Under the pieces are notes generated by a model. The model was not told the DNA's origin, made no database searches, and was given only the letters and a program-made list of their open reading frames with translations. Below are positions 1 to 9,296 of a stretch of DNA of 25,692 bases, in pieces. Within the stretch, counting starts at the first letter, position 1. The number at the start of each line of letters is the position of its first letter. The stretch comes from a virus. Its lineage: Duplodnaviria; Caudoviricetes. The position numbers and the translations under genes are program-made. Location of the stretch: positions 1 through 25,692 of IMG/VR virus record IMGVR_UViG_3300006641_000160, one strand, 5' to 3'.

Positions 1-30
1 GGCGGTGGCGGCGGTGGTGGCGGCGGTGGG
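1..30 (+). repeat. GGN codon run encoding at least 10 Gly
   Basis: ggcggtggcggcggtggtggcggcggtggg, in frame with the first CDS and cut by the window edge. Confidence 0.9.
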
Positions 31-3000
31 GTAGACGAAGATAAAGTAGCACCAGATGAATTATTTGTCGAACTAATAGGATGTTATGGTGGAAATACTG
101 TACAAATCGATATAGAAAATAAAATAGGCTTAGGGTCTGATGGTTTTAATGATTGTAATGATCCTGATATCTTAATAAGAAGTCCAGTTATAGACATAGT
201 ACAAACAAATATCGGAGATGTGGTATCTTCCGCAGGAGTGACTTCTAGTCTTATTGTGGGGGATTTGGAAGTTGTGAGTAATTCTGTAAATATTCAAATA
301 GTAGAACCACAAAAAATACCAATTCCAAAAATCTCCAACGAACGCAGATTATATAACGAAAGATTCGATGAGCAATGTCTTTCTGATGCTATTCTAGTGA
401 GAGCAACGACAGAATCTCCTCTGTTTGGCGGAGTTTCTGGTGATAATTATTCCGCAGTCAATACCAATTATTTTGGCAGTGGAAAAATCCAAAAACTGTT
501 TTCTGATGAGGCCATTCGCCTAGAAATAGTAAACTGTGATGGGATAAAAATTGGTTGCTTGACTGTTTTAGACATTTCCAAAGAAGACAATAATTCGTAT
601 AGACTATACTATAATGAATTACAGTCATATGTTGCGAGCATATCAAGTGATAGTTTGTTTGCGGAAGCATGTACTATCTCCCTAGAAGGGCAGACGGTAT
701 TCTCCATCTACAGCAACCGTATTCTTACTTGTTCTGACACTGTGCCAAACGGAAAAAGAAGATTGGTATACAAAATTCCTCGGGGAAACAACATCACAAA
801 TGTGACAGACAACGATTATATGATAACTCGTGATTTTGTAGGAGACATCATCGGAAATTCCGTAAATTTCACAATGGATGTTCCTGGTGGTGTATTCAAC
901 GATAATTCTAGTGACATCGGAAACCCCTCTTTATTCACTGTAGTAATAAACGGCAAAAACATACCACTAAACCAAACCGGAACCACTCCGTATATTGAAA
1001 TGGTAGGGCAAAATCAAGCAGTTCTTAAGTTGCCCTCTTCTGGACCGAACACATACCCAACAGCAGGAAAAGCATATCTGATTGCCAAAGTTAGGTTCCC
1101 CGAAAAATCAACTGTAGTGGGATTAGATCCGGAACCACACAGAAAGAAAATACTCAGAGAAGTTCGTGGTGTGTACACCCAAGATCTCAGCACAAATCCT
1201 ACAATAAGTTTAGGGTTTTCTGATGTGTATGAAGTCAGATCTGTGACTATAAGTGGATTTACTGATTACTCTCTGGACGATTTCATATTCGATAATGGGC
1301 AGAAGAACGACAGATACGATCATGGAAGTATAACCCTAGATCCATCTAAAAAAGCACCAGACACACAAACAGTAGAAATCAATGTTGTGTTCAGATATTT
1401 TGAGCATCAACCTATTGCTCCTGGTTTCTATGGTCCTATCACCGTAAACTCTTATGGATTTGACCAAAAAGGCGACTCAATACCTGGATTCCACGGGTTA
1501 GACCTAAATGGAAACCAAATAACTTTGGGATATAACCAAATACCAAACTTTTTAGACAAAGCAAGTGGAGAGGTTCTATCTCTTTCCGATTGTATCGATT
1601 ATCGTATGTTTAGAACAGAAGAAGGATATATCGAAAATGGCTTGAACAAATCATCCATACTCCGTGGACGATATTTCCCATCTCCCGACGCATCTGCGGC
1701 TATAGAGGCAGCCTATGTGTTTAAGATGCCGAGAACTGATCTTTTGGTGGTACAACAAGACGGAACTTGTGGGATAATTCCTGGAGTTCCTTCAGAAGAT
1801 CCTGTTCCTAGTGAATATCCAACAAACGGACTTGTGCTAGCAGAGGTGTCAATTCCAGGAATAGCAAATTCTGCGGAAGACTATACCATAAGAATGACTC
1901 CGATGAGAAGCATAGGGCTATCTGAAACAAACGATCTACAAAATCGTGTTCGTGATTTGGAAATGGCACTTTCCCTGAAAACCATGGAAACCAAGATTAA
2001 ATCCCAAGGAGCAAACGGTCAAGGTGAGTTCCTTACAGGGATGATAGTGGATGATTTTGGTGGACATTATGTGGGTGATGTGGCAAACGACGAATACAAT
2101 TGCTCCATAGACTTTTCAAGTAGAGAATTAAGATCTCCATTCACGACAAAGTTCCAATCGTTTGTCCCACTTTCTTGGGAAAATGAGGAAGATTTCAGGA
2201 ATATAGAAAAAATTTCTGATTATTATACTATGGCACCAGAAATAAAAAATGCTGGCGTCACTCTTGTGAGCAATGTTCAGGCGACAGAAGAAGTTTCTGT
2301 TAATTCTTTCGGAGCCGTGAATTGGCAAGGGTATTTGTCTATAGATCGCCCATACAATCTATGGATAGATCAGAATACCAAACCTGTTGTTCGGAACAAT
2401 CAGCGAGGGAAAAATGACGCATGGGATGCCGGTGGGAGTGCTGTACAAACCAATGGAAGAAATAAAGGATTTGGAACCCAATGGGGATTCTGGAAGTCTC
2501 TATGGTTTGGTGACAAATTTATTCAAACTGGTTATTCAGAAAAAGACAGAGCAGCAGCAAAAAACTTCTCAGATGCCGTCAGTAATCAGTCTCCGTCAAG
2601 ATTTCGTAGAAACATAGATCAAGAAAATCTTTTCAGCCAATCAAGAAATGATCTCAGTTCTGGTGGTTTTTCAATAACGGACACAAAAAACGGTAGATAC
2701 TGTGATAGTTCTTTGAACTTTTTCTGCCCTGAAGATTATGTCATACTCCGAGCATACGGACTCAAACCCAATTCATCCTTTTCTGTTTATTTCGATGACA
2801 TGGAATCTCCCGTATCTGCTTCAAGAATAGCAAGTGTGTCGGGCAGTTCCCTGACATCTCTGTCTTCAGACGGAAATGGATATTTGGAGTTTCGCTTAAG
2901 AATTCCTGGTGGATCATACCTCTCAGGGAACAAAGCGATTAAGGTTATGGAAAACGGCACAGTATCAAATCGGTCTTTTGCTTCAGCAATATATGAAAAT

Positions 3001-4413
3001 GTGGGAGGAGATTGGAAGAACAGGGTTGGAAGAAAAGACAAAACTATTGATCTAGAAAAACTAGCAATAGGAAGATCAGATGTTTTCTTGGACAATCAAA
3101 AAACTCTATATGTTAATTCTTCTATAAACAACGGGTTGATTCAAACATTTATTGTGGATGAAAGTCAGCACCCAGAGGGAATAATACTCAAAGATTTGAG
3201 CCTCTACATTTCAGAAAAAGACACATCATCTCCCATATCTGTAGAAATTAGAAAATTCTACAAAAATGGTGTAGATAAATTTAATATTGTGAGAAATTCT
3301 AAAGTATATCTAAACGCATCCCAAGTAACCGAAAACACAGACAATCTGTTCACCTTCCTTGCTCCTGTCTATCTGTCTCCTGGACAATATGCTTTGATTG
3401 TAAGAACAAATTCTTCTAATTACAAAATACATCTTTCCAAAAACGGTTCTTCTAGAATAGACAGTGGAGCATCTCCTCTCACGAATGTTTTGGCAAGGCC
3501 AATTTCTGGTGCGGGTGTTTATATCGGAAGTGGTTCGGCAATTCCTGTTCCTGAAAGAAACAAAACACTTCGTTTCTCTATTCGCAGAAAACAATTCCAA
3601 ACTGTATCATCAACAACGAGTCTTTCTAAATTCTGGACTCCATCGGACTTGGATTCTTCTTTACCCAATACCACTATATCAGACGGTGAATCGTTTGATG
3701 TGTTGTTCTTAGCAAACAACAATTCTGTAACAACAAGTGGACAAGTGATTTACAGTTTAGAATCACGCTTGTATAATAAAAAAACTGGAACAAATCAGAT
3801 AAATAAAGGAATTCCTGACGATTCTATATCAGCAAATACTGGATTGGCTGGCTCAATTCAAACAAACACAGATACGGTTTTGTCAGGAGAAATTGGGTCA
3901 AGAAATACACTACAGGTGAGAGTTTCTACACAAAGAGAAGATATATCTCCCATAGTGGACATGAGAAAACTCGGTGTGTTGTATGTCAAAAATAGAATAT
4001 CCCGTATTACTGGATTTTCAACAGCCCAAGAAACAAAAAACTTTGCTGGATCTGGTGGGTCTGCCATGAAATATATTACCAGAAGAACAGATGTGGATTT
4101 AGGAGCAAATATAATAAAAGCCACATTTGAAGCAAAACTTCCAGGAAATCTATCAGTTTCAGTGTACGCAAAAGTATTGTTTGAAGGTGATACAGATTTT
4201 GACAATCAACCCTATATCGAGATGTCTAAAATTTCTGGACAAGAGAACACTGCTAGACAACAATTTAGAGAGTTTTCTTATGAATATGACGGAACAGCAA
4301 ACCAAAAGAACATTGTTTCGTTCTCTGTCAAAATAATAGTGTTGGATTCGGAAGAAGACTCTCCCAATACTCCAAGGATCAGAAATCTAAGCGTAATTTC
4401 GGCGGTGAGATAA
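1..4413 (+). CDS. Large virion structural protein, DUF4815/VrlC-like (5'-truncated)
   Basis: Frame 1 is open from base 1 (GGGGGGGGGGVDEDKVAPDELF...) through the track's GTG at 220 to TAA at 4411-4413, so the true start is upstream of the window. Motifs FIFDNGQKNDRYDHGSI, LSDCIDYR, GMIVDDFGGH..GD..DEYNCSID..ELRSPF, QTFIVD..GIILKDLSLY, PVYLSPGQYALIV, DISPIVD and the C-terminal PRIRNLSVIS resemble the DUF4815-type protein found after the baseplate wedge genes in T4-like cyanophages. Confidence 0.8.
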   Translation, partial: GGGGGGGGGGVDEDKVAPDELFVELIGCYGGNTVQIDIENKIGLGSDGFNDCNDPDILIRSPVIDIVQTNIGDVVSSAGVTSSLIVGDLEVVSNSVNIQIVEPQKIPIPKISNERRLYNERFDEQCLSDAILVRATTESPLFGGVSGDNYSAVNTNYFGSGKIQKLFSDEAIRLEIVNCDGIKIGCLTVLDISKEDNNSYRLYYNELQSYVASISSDSLFAEACTISLEGQTVFSIYSNRILTCSDTVPNGKRRLVYKIPRGNNITNVTDNDYMITRDFVGDIIGNSVNFTMDVPGGVFNDNSSDIGNPSLFTVVINGKNIPLNQTGTTPYIEMVGQNQAVLKLPSSGPNTYPTAGKAYLIAKVRFPEKSTVVGLDPEPHRKKILREVRGVYTQDLSTNPTISLGFSDVYEVRSVTISGFTDYSLDDFIFDNGQKNDRYDHGSITLDPSKKAPDTQTVEINVVFRYFEHQPIAPGFYGPITVNSYGFDQKGDSIPGFHGLDLNGNQITLGYNQIPNFLDKASGEVLSLSDCIDYRMFRTEEGYIENGLNKSSILRGRYFPSPDASAAIEAAYVFKMPRTDLLVVQQDGTCGIIPGVPSEDPVPSEYPTNGLVLAEVSIPGIANSAEDYTIRMTPMRSIGLSETNDLQNRVRDLEMALSLKTMETKIKSQGANGQGEFLTGMIVDDFGGHYVGDVANDEYNCSIDFSSRELRSPFTTKFQSFVPLSWENEEDFRNIEKISDYYTMAPEIKNAGVTLVSNVQATEEVSVNSFGAVNWQGYLSIDRPYNLWIDQNTKPVVRNNQRGKNDAWDAGGSAVQTNGRNKGFGTQWGFWKSLWFGDKFIQTGYSEKDRAAAKNFSDAVSNQSPSRFRRNIDQENLFSQSRNDLSSGGFSITDTKNGRYCDSSLNFFCPEDYVILRAYGLKPNSSFSVYFDDMESPVSASRIASVSGSSLTSLSSDGNGYLEFRLRIPGGSYLSGNKAIKVMENGTVSNRSFASAIYENVGGDWKNRVGRKDKTIDLEKLAIGRSDVFLDNQKTLYVNSSINNGLIQTFIVDESQHPEGIILKDLSLYISEKDTSSPISVEIRKFYKNGVDKFNIVRNSKVYLNASQVTENTDNLFTFLAPVYLSPGQYALIVRTNSSNYKIHLSKNGSSRIDSGASPLTNVLARPISGAGVYIGSGSAIPVPERNKTLRFSIRRKQFQTVSSTTSLSKFWTPSDLDSSLPNTTISDGESFDVLFLANNNSVTTSGQVIYSLESRLYNKKTGTNQINKGIPDDSISANTGLAGSIQTNTDTVLSGEIGSRNTLQVRVSTQREDISPIVDMRKLGVLYVKNRISRITGFSTAQETKNFAGSGGSAMKYITRRTDVDLGANIIKATFEAKLPGNLSVSVYAKVLFEGDTDFDNQPYIEMSKISGQENTARQQFREFSYEYDGTANQKNIVSFSVKIIVLDSEEDSPNTPRIRNLSVISAVR

Positions 4414-4601
4414 TGAGAATAGAACCAGACAGAATCTATGTGAGAGGCGATCGGGCCATGTATTCCCAGTTTTTACAAGAGAAGAACCAGAAAAAAGATT
4501 TAGAAAAACGCATAGATACTCTAGAAAAATGCGTAGCAGAAATGGCACAGGAAATAGCAAAACTACGAACAACAACAGATAGTATCGGAGACGGCAAATG
4601 A
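4413..4601 (+). CDS. Small coiled-coil protein (62 aa)
   Basis: TAATG overlap with the upstream gene and ATGA overlap with the downstream gene (translational coupling). Heptad-like LEKRIDTLEKCVAEMAQEIAKL. From recall, a similar small ORF typically follows DUF4815 genes. Confidence 0.75.
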   Translation: MRIEPDRIYVRGDRAMYSQFLQEKNQKKDLEKRIDTLEKCVAEMAQEIAKLRTTTDSIGDGK

Positions 4602-7600
4602 GTTCACCATTACATTCTCCAATCTCTACCGTATCACTCAGTGATACTTTTGCCACTCTGTACGGCAGAGTAAATGAAACCATCACTGTTGTAAACCAGA
4701 TAAGGATATACGACCTCCAGGCGAGGGGTGGTATTGTTCATTCCAGAGAAGGTGGTGTGGAAAATATTCGCCTAAACTTGCCCGTTACTGGTGGAACTTT
4801 TGGATACGGATTGAATCTTATTGCGTTATCGTCTTCAGCAAGTGGTTTTGTGGACGGAGAAGCAGGAACCAGCGCAAATTTTGAGGGCATGACTCAGGGG
4901 GTTCGGGTAGATTTTGCTTCTCTTCAACCCTCCACGGCATTTACAGAAAATGGCGGAACCGCCTATGTGTCTGCGAATGATTTGGTTGCCGTCGCCGCTA
5001 CAGGAAGTCGGGGAGACGGTGTATGGAGGCTTCGTAGCGTTTCTGCGACAAACTCACTTCCATACACCATAGCCGGAGATCACCGATTCTCTGGCGACAT
5101 CTTCTTTGATGGCTCCAAGGTTGTAGTGAACTCTTCTCAGTTTCATCTGGACGATCGCCTGATCTTTATAGCCTCGGCAGGAAATACCGACGATCCTGGT
5201 GCTACATCGGGTCTGACCTCTAATTTTGGATTGGCAGGAGGTTCAGGATCTGGACTCGTGATCAAGGGAGCATCGGGCGACAAGTTCATGGTGTACTTCA
5301 ACAGCGAAGGCACAGGAGACTACTACGCTTTCCGCTTCTCTGACCATATCCAAACAGACAAGTCGTATATTTCTCCCACAGGTCAGTTCAATTTTGTAGG
5401 AACTAGTGGAAGTGCACCAAGCATTTCTCTTCGGACAAAGGCACAGGACACCGCAACTGTACAGACAGGCTGGAAGATTTTCCAATCCGTTACAGGTGCG
5501 GCAGCGGGTTCCCTACAGATCGGGCGAGAAGGAATATCAGATGTTAATACCCTAGAGTTGTTCTCTAACGGTGAAGTGAAAGTGGGCACGCTTTCCACAG
5601 GAACTGGCGGACAGGGTTCTTTCCGAACATACCCTGCTGCTTTTGCTGTTCCCGCTGTTGGTGCTGGTGGAGTTCTTCATTACGGTTGGCAAAACAGAGA
5701 TATAGTGGAGTTTGGCACTACCGCCAATAGCGGACTGTTTGCGGAAGCACTTTCCCTGTATAGATCAGGAACAGCCCTTGTTTTCAATGACAACGGACAA
5801 TACATTCGTGGACAATGGGACGCAGAACCGTCTACAGGTTACAAAAATGCTGAAGTGATAGGAATCCTAGAAAAGACCACATCCGACTATATCTTACAGG
5901 TTCCTGTTACAGGTGGTCTAGGGACTTCTTACACATTAAACGAGGCGGTTCGTATACAAAATGGAAATGGTCAGAGTATTTCTGGATATGTGTGGGAGGA
6001 GCCACCGACAACGGGACTCAGCGGAATAAAAGTAATCATTGATGATTTCCCTAGTGGAATTACAGCAGGAACAATAACAGGTGGATCTCCGTTCTACACT
6101 TCTGGTGCTACGCTCTATGGTAGTTTTGATAATGCCGCTTTGGGCATTTGTGGAAGCATAGGAATAACAGCCACCGAAAAACAATGGGCAGTTATAGTTC
6201 GCAATGGTGTGTTTGAGATACCCCAAACGAATGCTGCCACAGGCTATGCCGCTCTTTCTGGTCTTACTGCTGGTTATGTAATGTATCTCCACAAAGATGG
6301 AGGCATAACATATGCCAGTGGAAACAATTTCAGCAGCGAGGAGTTCTACGAGGAGGACGCAACAGTGGCAAAACCACTGTTCATTTACCTTGGATTAGAC
6401 TCTAGTGGCAAAAGATTGGGAATGTACCAACCATACCAAGGTTCTGGCATAACTCAGGCAGTTACTGGATTTAGTGCTGAACCTGTTTTCTACGAACCAA
6501 ACACCCAAGAACTCACAAACTTCGATATTCTCGGAGATGTGGGTGGCAGGAACAAAATCGTAAACTCTGGTTTCGACCTGTGGACAAGATTGGACACAAT
6601 GGGAAAGACCTATGCGGGTTCTGAAGGGTCTACTTATTCAGGAGTGACTTTCGGAGAAACTTCGTACTCGGTGTATCCATTCGGAGTCACCTACACGGCT
6701 GCGGGCATACGGGCGGGATACATCGTAGACGGATTCTTCATAGACGCCAGTGGCACTAGAGAGAAAAAAATAGTAGTGAACAGACGACAAGTAAATCCTT
6801 TCGATACAGTATTAGAAGATTCTACCAATCCTCCAGAAAATGAACTAGTCGTTGTTGGTCCCGATGGTACATCAAAAGCAGTAAGGCTGTATTCTGTTGT
6901 TCCGAACTACCATACTCTAGGAAATCACGATTTCAACTTCTCTTTCTATGCGAAATGTAGCAATGATGCGGGTTTCTCTGCGGGGATTACTGTTGGTGTA
7001 GCATATGTTTGGAATGGTGGAAGCACTTATGCGAAAATAGAAAGCCACCACCTGACTCTCGCAACAGGGACTGGTGTCAGTGGGGGAACTAGTTACTACA
7101 AAAAGTTAGACCAATCGTATAGAAGATATAATTTCCCGTTCTCTAGTGAATCTCTGAGCCTCGGCACAACAGGATACAAAGATTCGTTTGTTGCCCCTTT
7201 CATTGAGTTTGGAACAGACATGACTTCTTCTGCTAGAACTATTTCTACTACAGGCTGGCAATTGAGCAAAGGAATGTCTGTAAAGCCGTATGTGAAAAAG
7301 TCATATGCGGAAGAAAAAGGAGAATGTGATCGCTACTTCCAAAATGTGGTTGTGGCTCATGGAGGATATTTCCCTCTCAATACGGGAACTTCAGGACCAG
7401 ATCTGTTTGCTGCCGTAAACTTGCCTGTGAGTTTGGCAGAAACACCAAGAGTGGTCGAAGCCGTGGATATTTTGAATCGAGGAATTTGTGGAGGAACCAC
7501 CGGAGATTATCAGAGTCTTCGTAAGAACTACATTTCTGTATTCCGAAAAACGAATCCAAGTTCTACCACATACCATAGATATTTTGAAACTTTATACAGC

Positions 7601-7657
7601 CTTGACGCATCGGGTTTCTCTGGATCTGTCCAGTCCCGTCTACTTGGAATGGCCTGA
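4598..7657 (+). CDS. Tail fibre-like virion protein (1019 aa)
   Basis: N-terminal ISTVSLSDTFATLYGRVNE resembles the 'DTF..W...TN' anchor of T4-like fibre proteins. G/S/T-rich body. C-terminal domain bounded by RNKIVNSGFDLWTR and EEKGECDRYFQ resembles the 'N.IINGDF.IWQR...E...CQRYY' domain common in phage fibres. Located between baseplate-region and neck genes. Confidence 0.65.
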   Translation: MSSPLHSPISTVSLSDTFATLYGRVNETITVVNQIRIYDLQARGGIVHSREGGVENIRLNLPVTGGTFGYGLNLIALSSSASGFVDGEAGTSANFEGMTQGVRVDFASLQPSTAFTENGGTAYVSANDLVAVAATGSRGDGVWRLRSVSATNSLPYTIAGDHRFSGDIFFDGSKVVVNSSQFHLDDRLIFIASAGNTDDPGATSGLTSNFGLAGGSGSGLVIKGASGDKFMVYFNSEGTGDYYAFRFSDHIQTDKSYISPTGQFNFVGTSGSAPSISLRTKAQDTATVQTGWKIFQSVTGAAAGSLQIGREGISDVNTLELFSNGEVKVGTLSTGTGGQGSFRTYPAAFAVPAVGAGGVLHYGWQNRDIVEFGTTANSGLFAEALSLYRSGTALVFNDNGQYIRGQWDAEPSTGYKNAEVIGILEKTTSDYILQVPVTGGLGTSYTLNEAVRIQNGNGQSISGYVWEEPPTTGLSGIKVIIDDFPSGITAGTITGGSPFYTSGATLYGSFDNAALGICGSIGITATEKQWAVIVRNGVFEIPQTNAATGYAALSGLTAGYVMYLHKDGGITYASGNNFSSEEFYEEDATVAKPLFIYLGLDSSGKRLGMYQPYQGSGITQAVTGFSAEPVFYEPNTQELTNFDILGDVGGRNKIVNSGFDLWTRLDTMGKTYAGSEGSTYSGVTFGETSYSVYPFGVTYTAAGIRAGYIVDGFFIDASGTREKKIVVNRRQVNPFDTVLEDSTNPPENELVVVGPDGTSKAVRLYSVVPNYHTLGNHDFNFSFYAKCSNDAGFSAGITVGVAYVWNGGSTYAKIESHHLTLATGTGVSGGTSYYKKLDQSYRRYNFPFSSESLSLGTTGYKDSFVAPFIEFGTDMTSSARTISTTGWQLSKGMSVKPYVKKSYAEEKGECDRYFQNVVVAHGGYFPLNTGTSGPDLFAAVNLPVSLAETPRVVEAVDILNRGICGGTTGDYQSLRKNYISVFRKTNPSSTTYHRYFETLYSLDASGFSGSVQSRLLGMA

Positions 7658-7669
7658 TAGGAGAAACCC

Positions 7670-9286
7670 ATGACTACCACAAGAATATACGGTAACAACC
7701 CGTTCGAAGTCTACCTCAAACCAACAAATAAAATTGAAATAACCGTATCAGGTTCGAATTTTTCTGTTGGAGATGTTGTTGCTTATAATAATGGTACTTT
7801 GGTACGAGCAAATGCCTCAAATCGAGCAACTTCTTCTGTGCTTGGTGTAGTGACCGCCGTTCCCTCCGCAGGCTCTATAACTGTGGTCACTCAAGGAGTG
7901 ATAGGGATAAATCCCAAAGGATTTGATGGTTCGTCTGTGGGAGATGTTTTGTTTCTTAGTCCGTCCAATGACGGAGAGGTTCAGCCCTCTCCTCCTGTTG
8001 CTCTCGGAACAACAAGAATTCCAGTAGTTCAAAAATTATCTGGACAAAGTTACTTAGTTCTTGGAATACCGGGTATAGTAAACGGACTTTCTTACCGTGG
8101 ATATGTTAATATTTCTGCCATACAACCTGTGGGAACAGTTTCTCCATTCATTGGCAGCACCACCTCTGTTCCTAAAAACTGGCTACTGTGTGATGGTTCT
8201 TATGTGAGTGTAGACACCTATCCAGAACTGTACCGATTAATAGGCTCGATATACGGTCCTGTTTTGGACGGCAGATTCAAACTACCAGATTTCCGTGGAA
8301 GAACTCTTGTGGGAGCAGGAAACGGAGATCAACTCACTCCAAGATTTATCGGTGAACTTGGTGGATCAGAAAAGCACCAACTTGCGGTCAACGAAATGCC
8401 CTCCCACAGCCACAAGCCAGCCGTTGGAACTAATTCAGGTGTGGATTTTTGGTGGGGCAGCGATGAGCGTGTTGGTGCTCCCAATTTTGACTATGATGGT
8501 GCGGGTGGAACAAAACCCAATGATGGGTTCATTGCTCCATCCACGAAAACAGATACTGTCGGGGGCAATTCTCCACACAATAACATGCCTCCGTATTCTG
8601 TTGCTAACTGGATCATTCGTGCCAAAGCAGAATCAGAATTTGCTCTGTTGGATGTGAATGTGGAAAGCCTGACTAATGTGGACAAAGGAGCAACCGCAGC
8701 AGCAGGTGATCTTCTCAGATACGACGGAGCAACATGGAAATTTGTACAGAACAAAATAGTCAATAGTGTAGATTTTACTGCTCCAACCAATATATCTACA
8801 GGTTATCTAAAATACAACGGAAGCGGAACCAATGTGACAGTGGAATCAATTTCTGGTTCCAACATTGTGATTAGTGACCCCAACCCTGCCCTTACACACA
8901 CCAACGGCTCGCCAAGACCAGTATCAAAAACAGTATCTTTAGGTAGTAGTTTTGGGGTCATAACTGGAAGAAAAGGCATTATTCACCTACACGGAACTCT
9001 AGAGATAGAATCAACCACTGGTTCCATAGACGGAACTGTGAATGTTAATCTTGTAGGATATAGCGGAAGTAGTGGTTTGACGGTTTTGGATACTATCACC
9101 ATCCCCCATTATATTAAGGGTGATGTTCGTTCAATGAAAATACCTTTCCACGCTACAGTGGCTGCTGAAGTATATCTTTCTGGAACAGACCCAACATACA
9201 AATTCGGATATTACTTGTCTACTGCCACAGGATCTCAATTCAAGGCAAACAAACTCACAATAAATAATGTGAAGTTCGTGTTCTAA
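7670..9286 (+). CDS. Tail collar domain protein (short tail fibre, gp12-like; 538 aa)
   Basis: Collar signature PVGTVSPF..VPKNWLLCDGS..YPELYRLIG..FKLPDFRGRTLVGAG..L..NEMPSHSH..GGNSPHNNMPPY..NWIIRA (about 8125-8625). RBS AGGAG upstream of the ATG. Confidence 0.85.
   Translation: MTTTRIYGNNPFEVYLKPTNKIEITVSGSNFSVGDVVAYNNGTLVRANASNRATSSVLGVVTAVPSAGSITVVTQGVIGINPKGFDGSSVGDVLFLSPSNDGEVQPSPPVALGTTRIPVVQKLSGQSYLVLGIPGIVNGLSYRGYVNISAIQPVGTVSPFIGSTTSVPKNWLLCDGSYVSVDTYPELYRLIGSIYGPVLDGRFKLPDFRGRTLVGAGNGDQLTPRFIGELGGSEKHQLAVNEMPSHSHKPAVGTNSGVDFWWGSDERVGAPNFDYDGAGGTKPNDGFIAPSTKTDTVGGNSPHNNMPPYSVANWIIRAKAESEFALLDVNVESLTNVDKGATAAAGDLLRYDGATWKFVQNKIVNSVDFTAPTNISTGYLKYNGSGTNVTVESISGSNIVISDPNPALTHTNGSPRPVSKTVSLGSSFGVITGRKGIIHLHGTLEIESTTGSIDGTVNVNLVGYSGSSGLTVLDTITIPHYIKGDVRSMKIPFHATVAAEVYLSGTDPTYKFGYYLSTATGSQFKANKLTINNVKFVF
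9259..9266 (+). promoter_or_regulatory. Candidate T4-type late promoter (AATAAATA)
   Basis: One mismatch to TATAAATA, about 30 nt upstream of the 9297 start, inside the 3' end of the collar gene. Confidence 0.4.
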
Positions 9287-9296
9287 GGGAGAAGTT

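Noticed and set aside
220-222. GTG start proposed by the ORF track for the first CDS
   Set aside because: The frame is open back to base 1 with no stop, so the gene most likely starts upstream of the window.
3798-3805. GATAAATA inside the DUF4815-like gene (also GATACATA at 12295-12302)
   Set aside because: Both are intragenic and far from the next start (about 600 and 185 nt) in AT-rich sequence. A chance match cannot be excluded.
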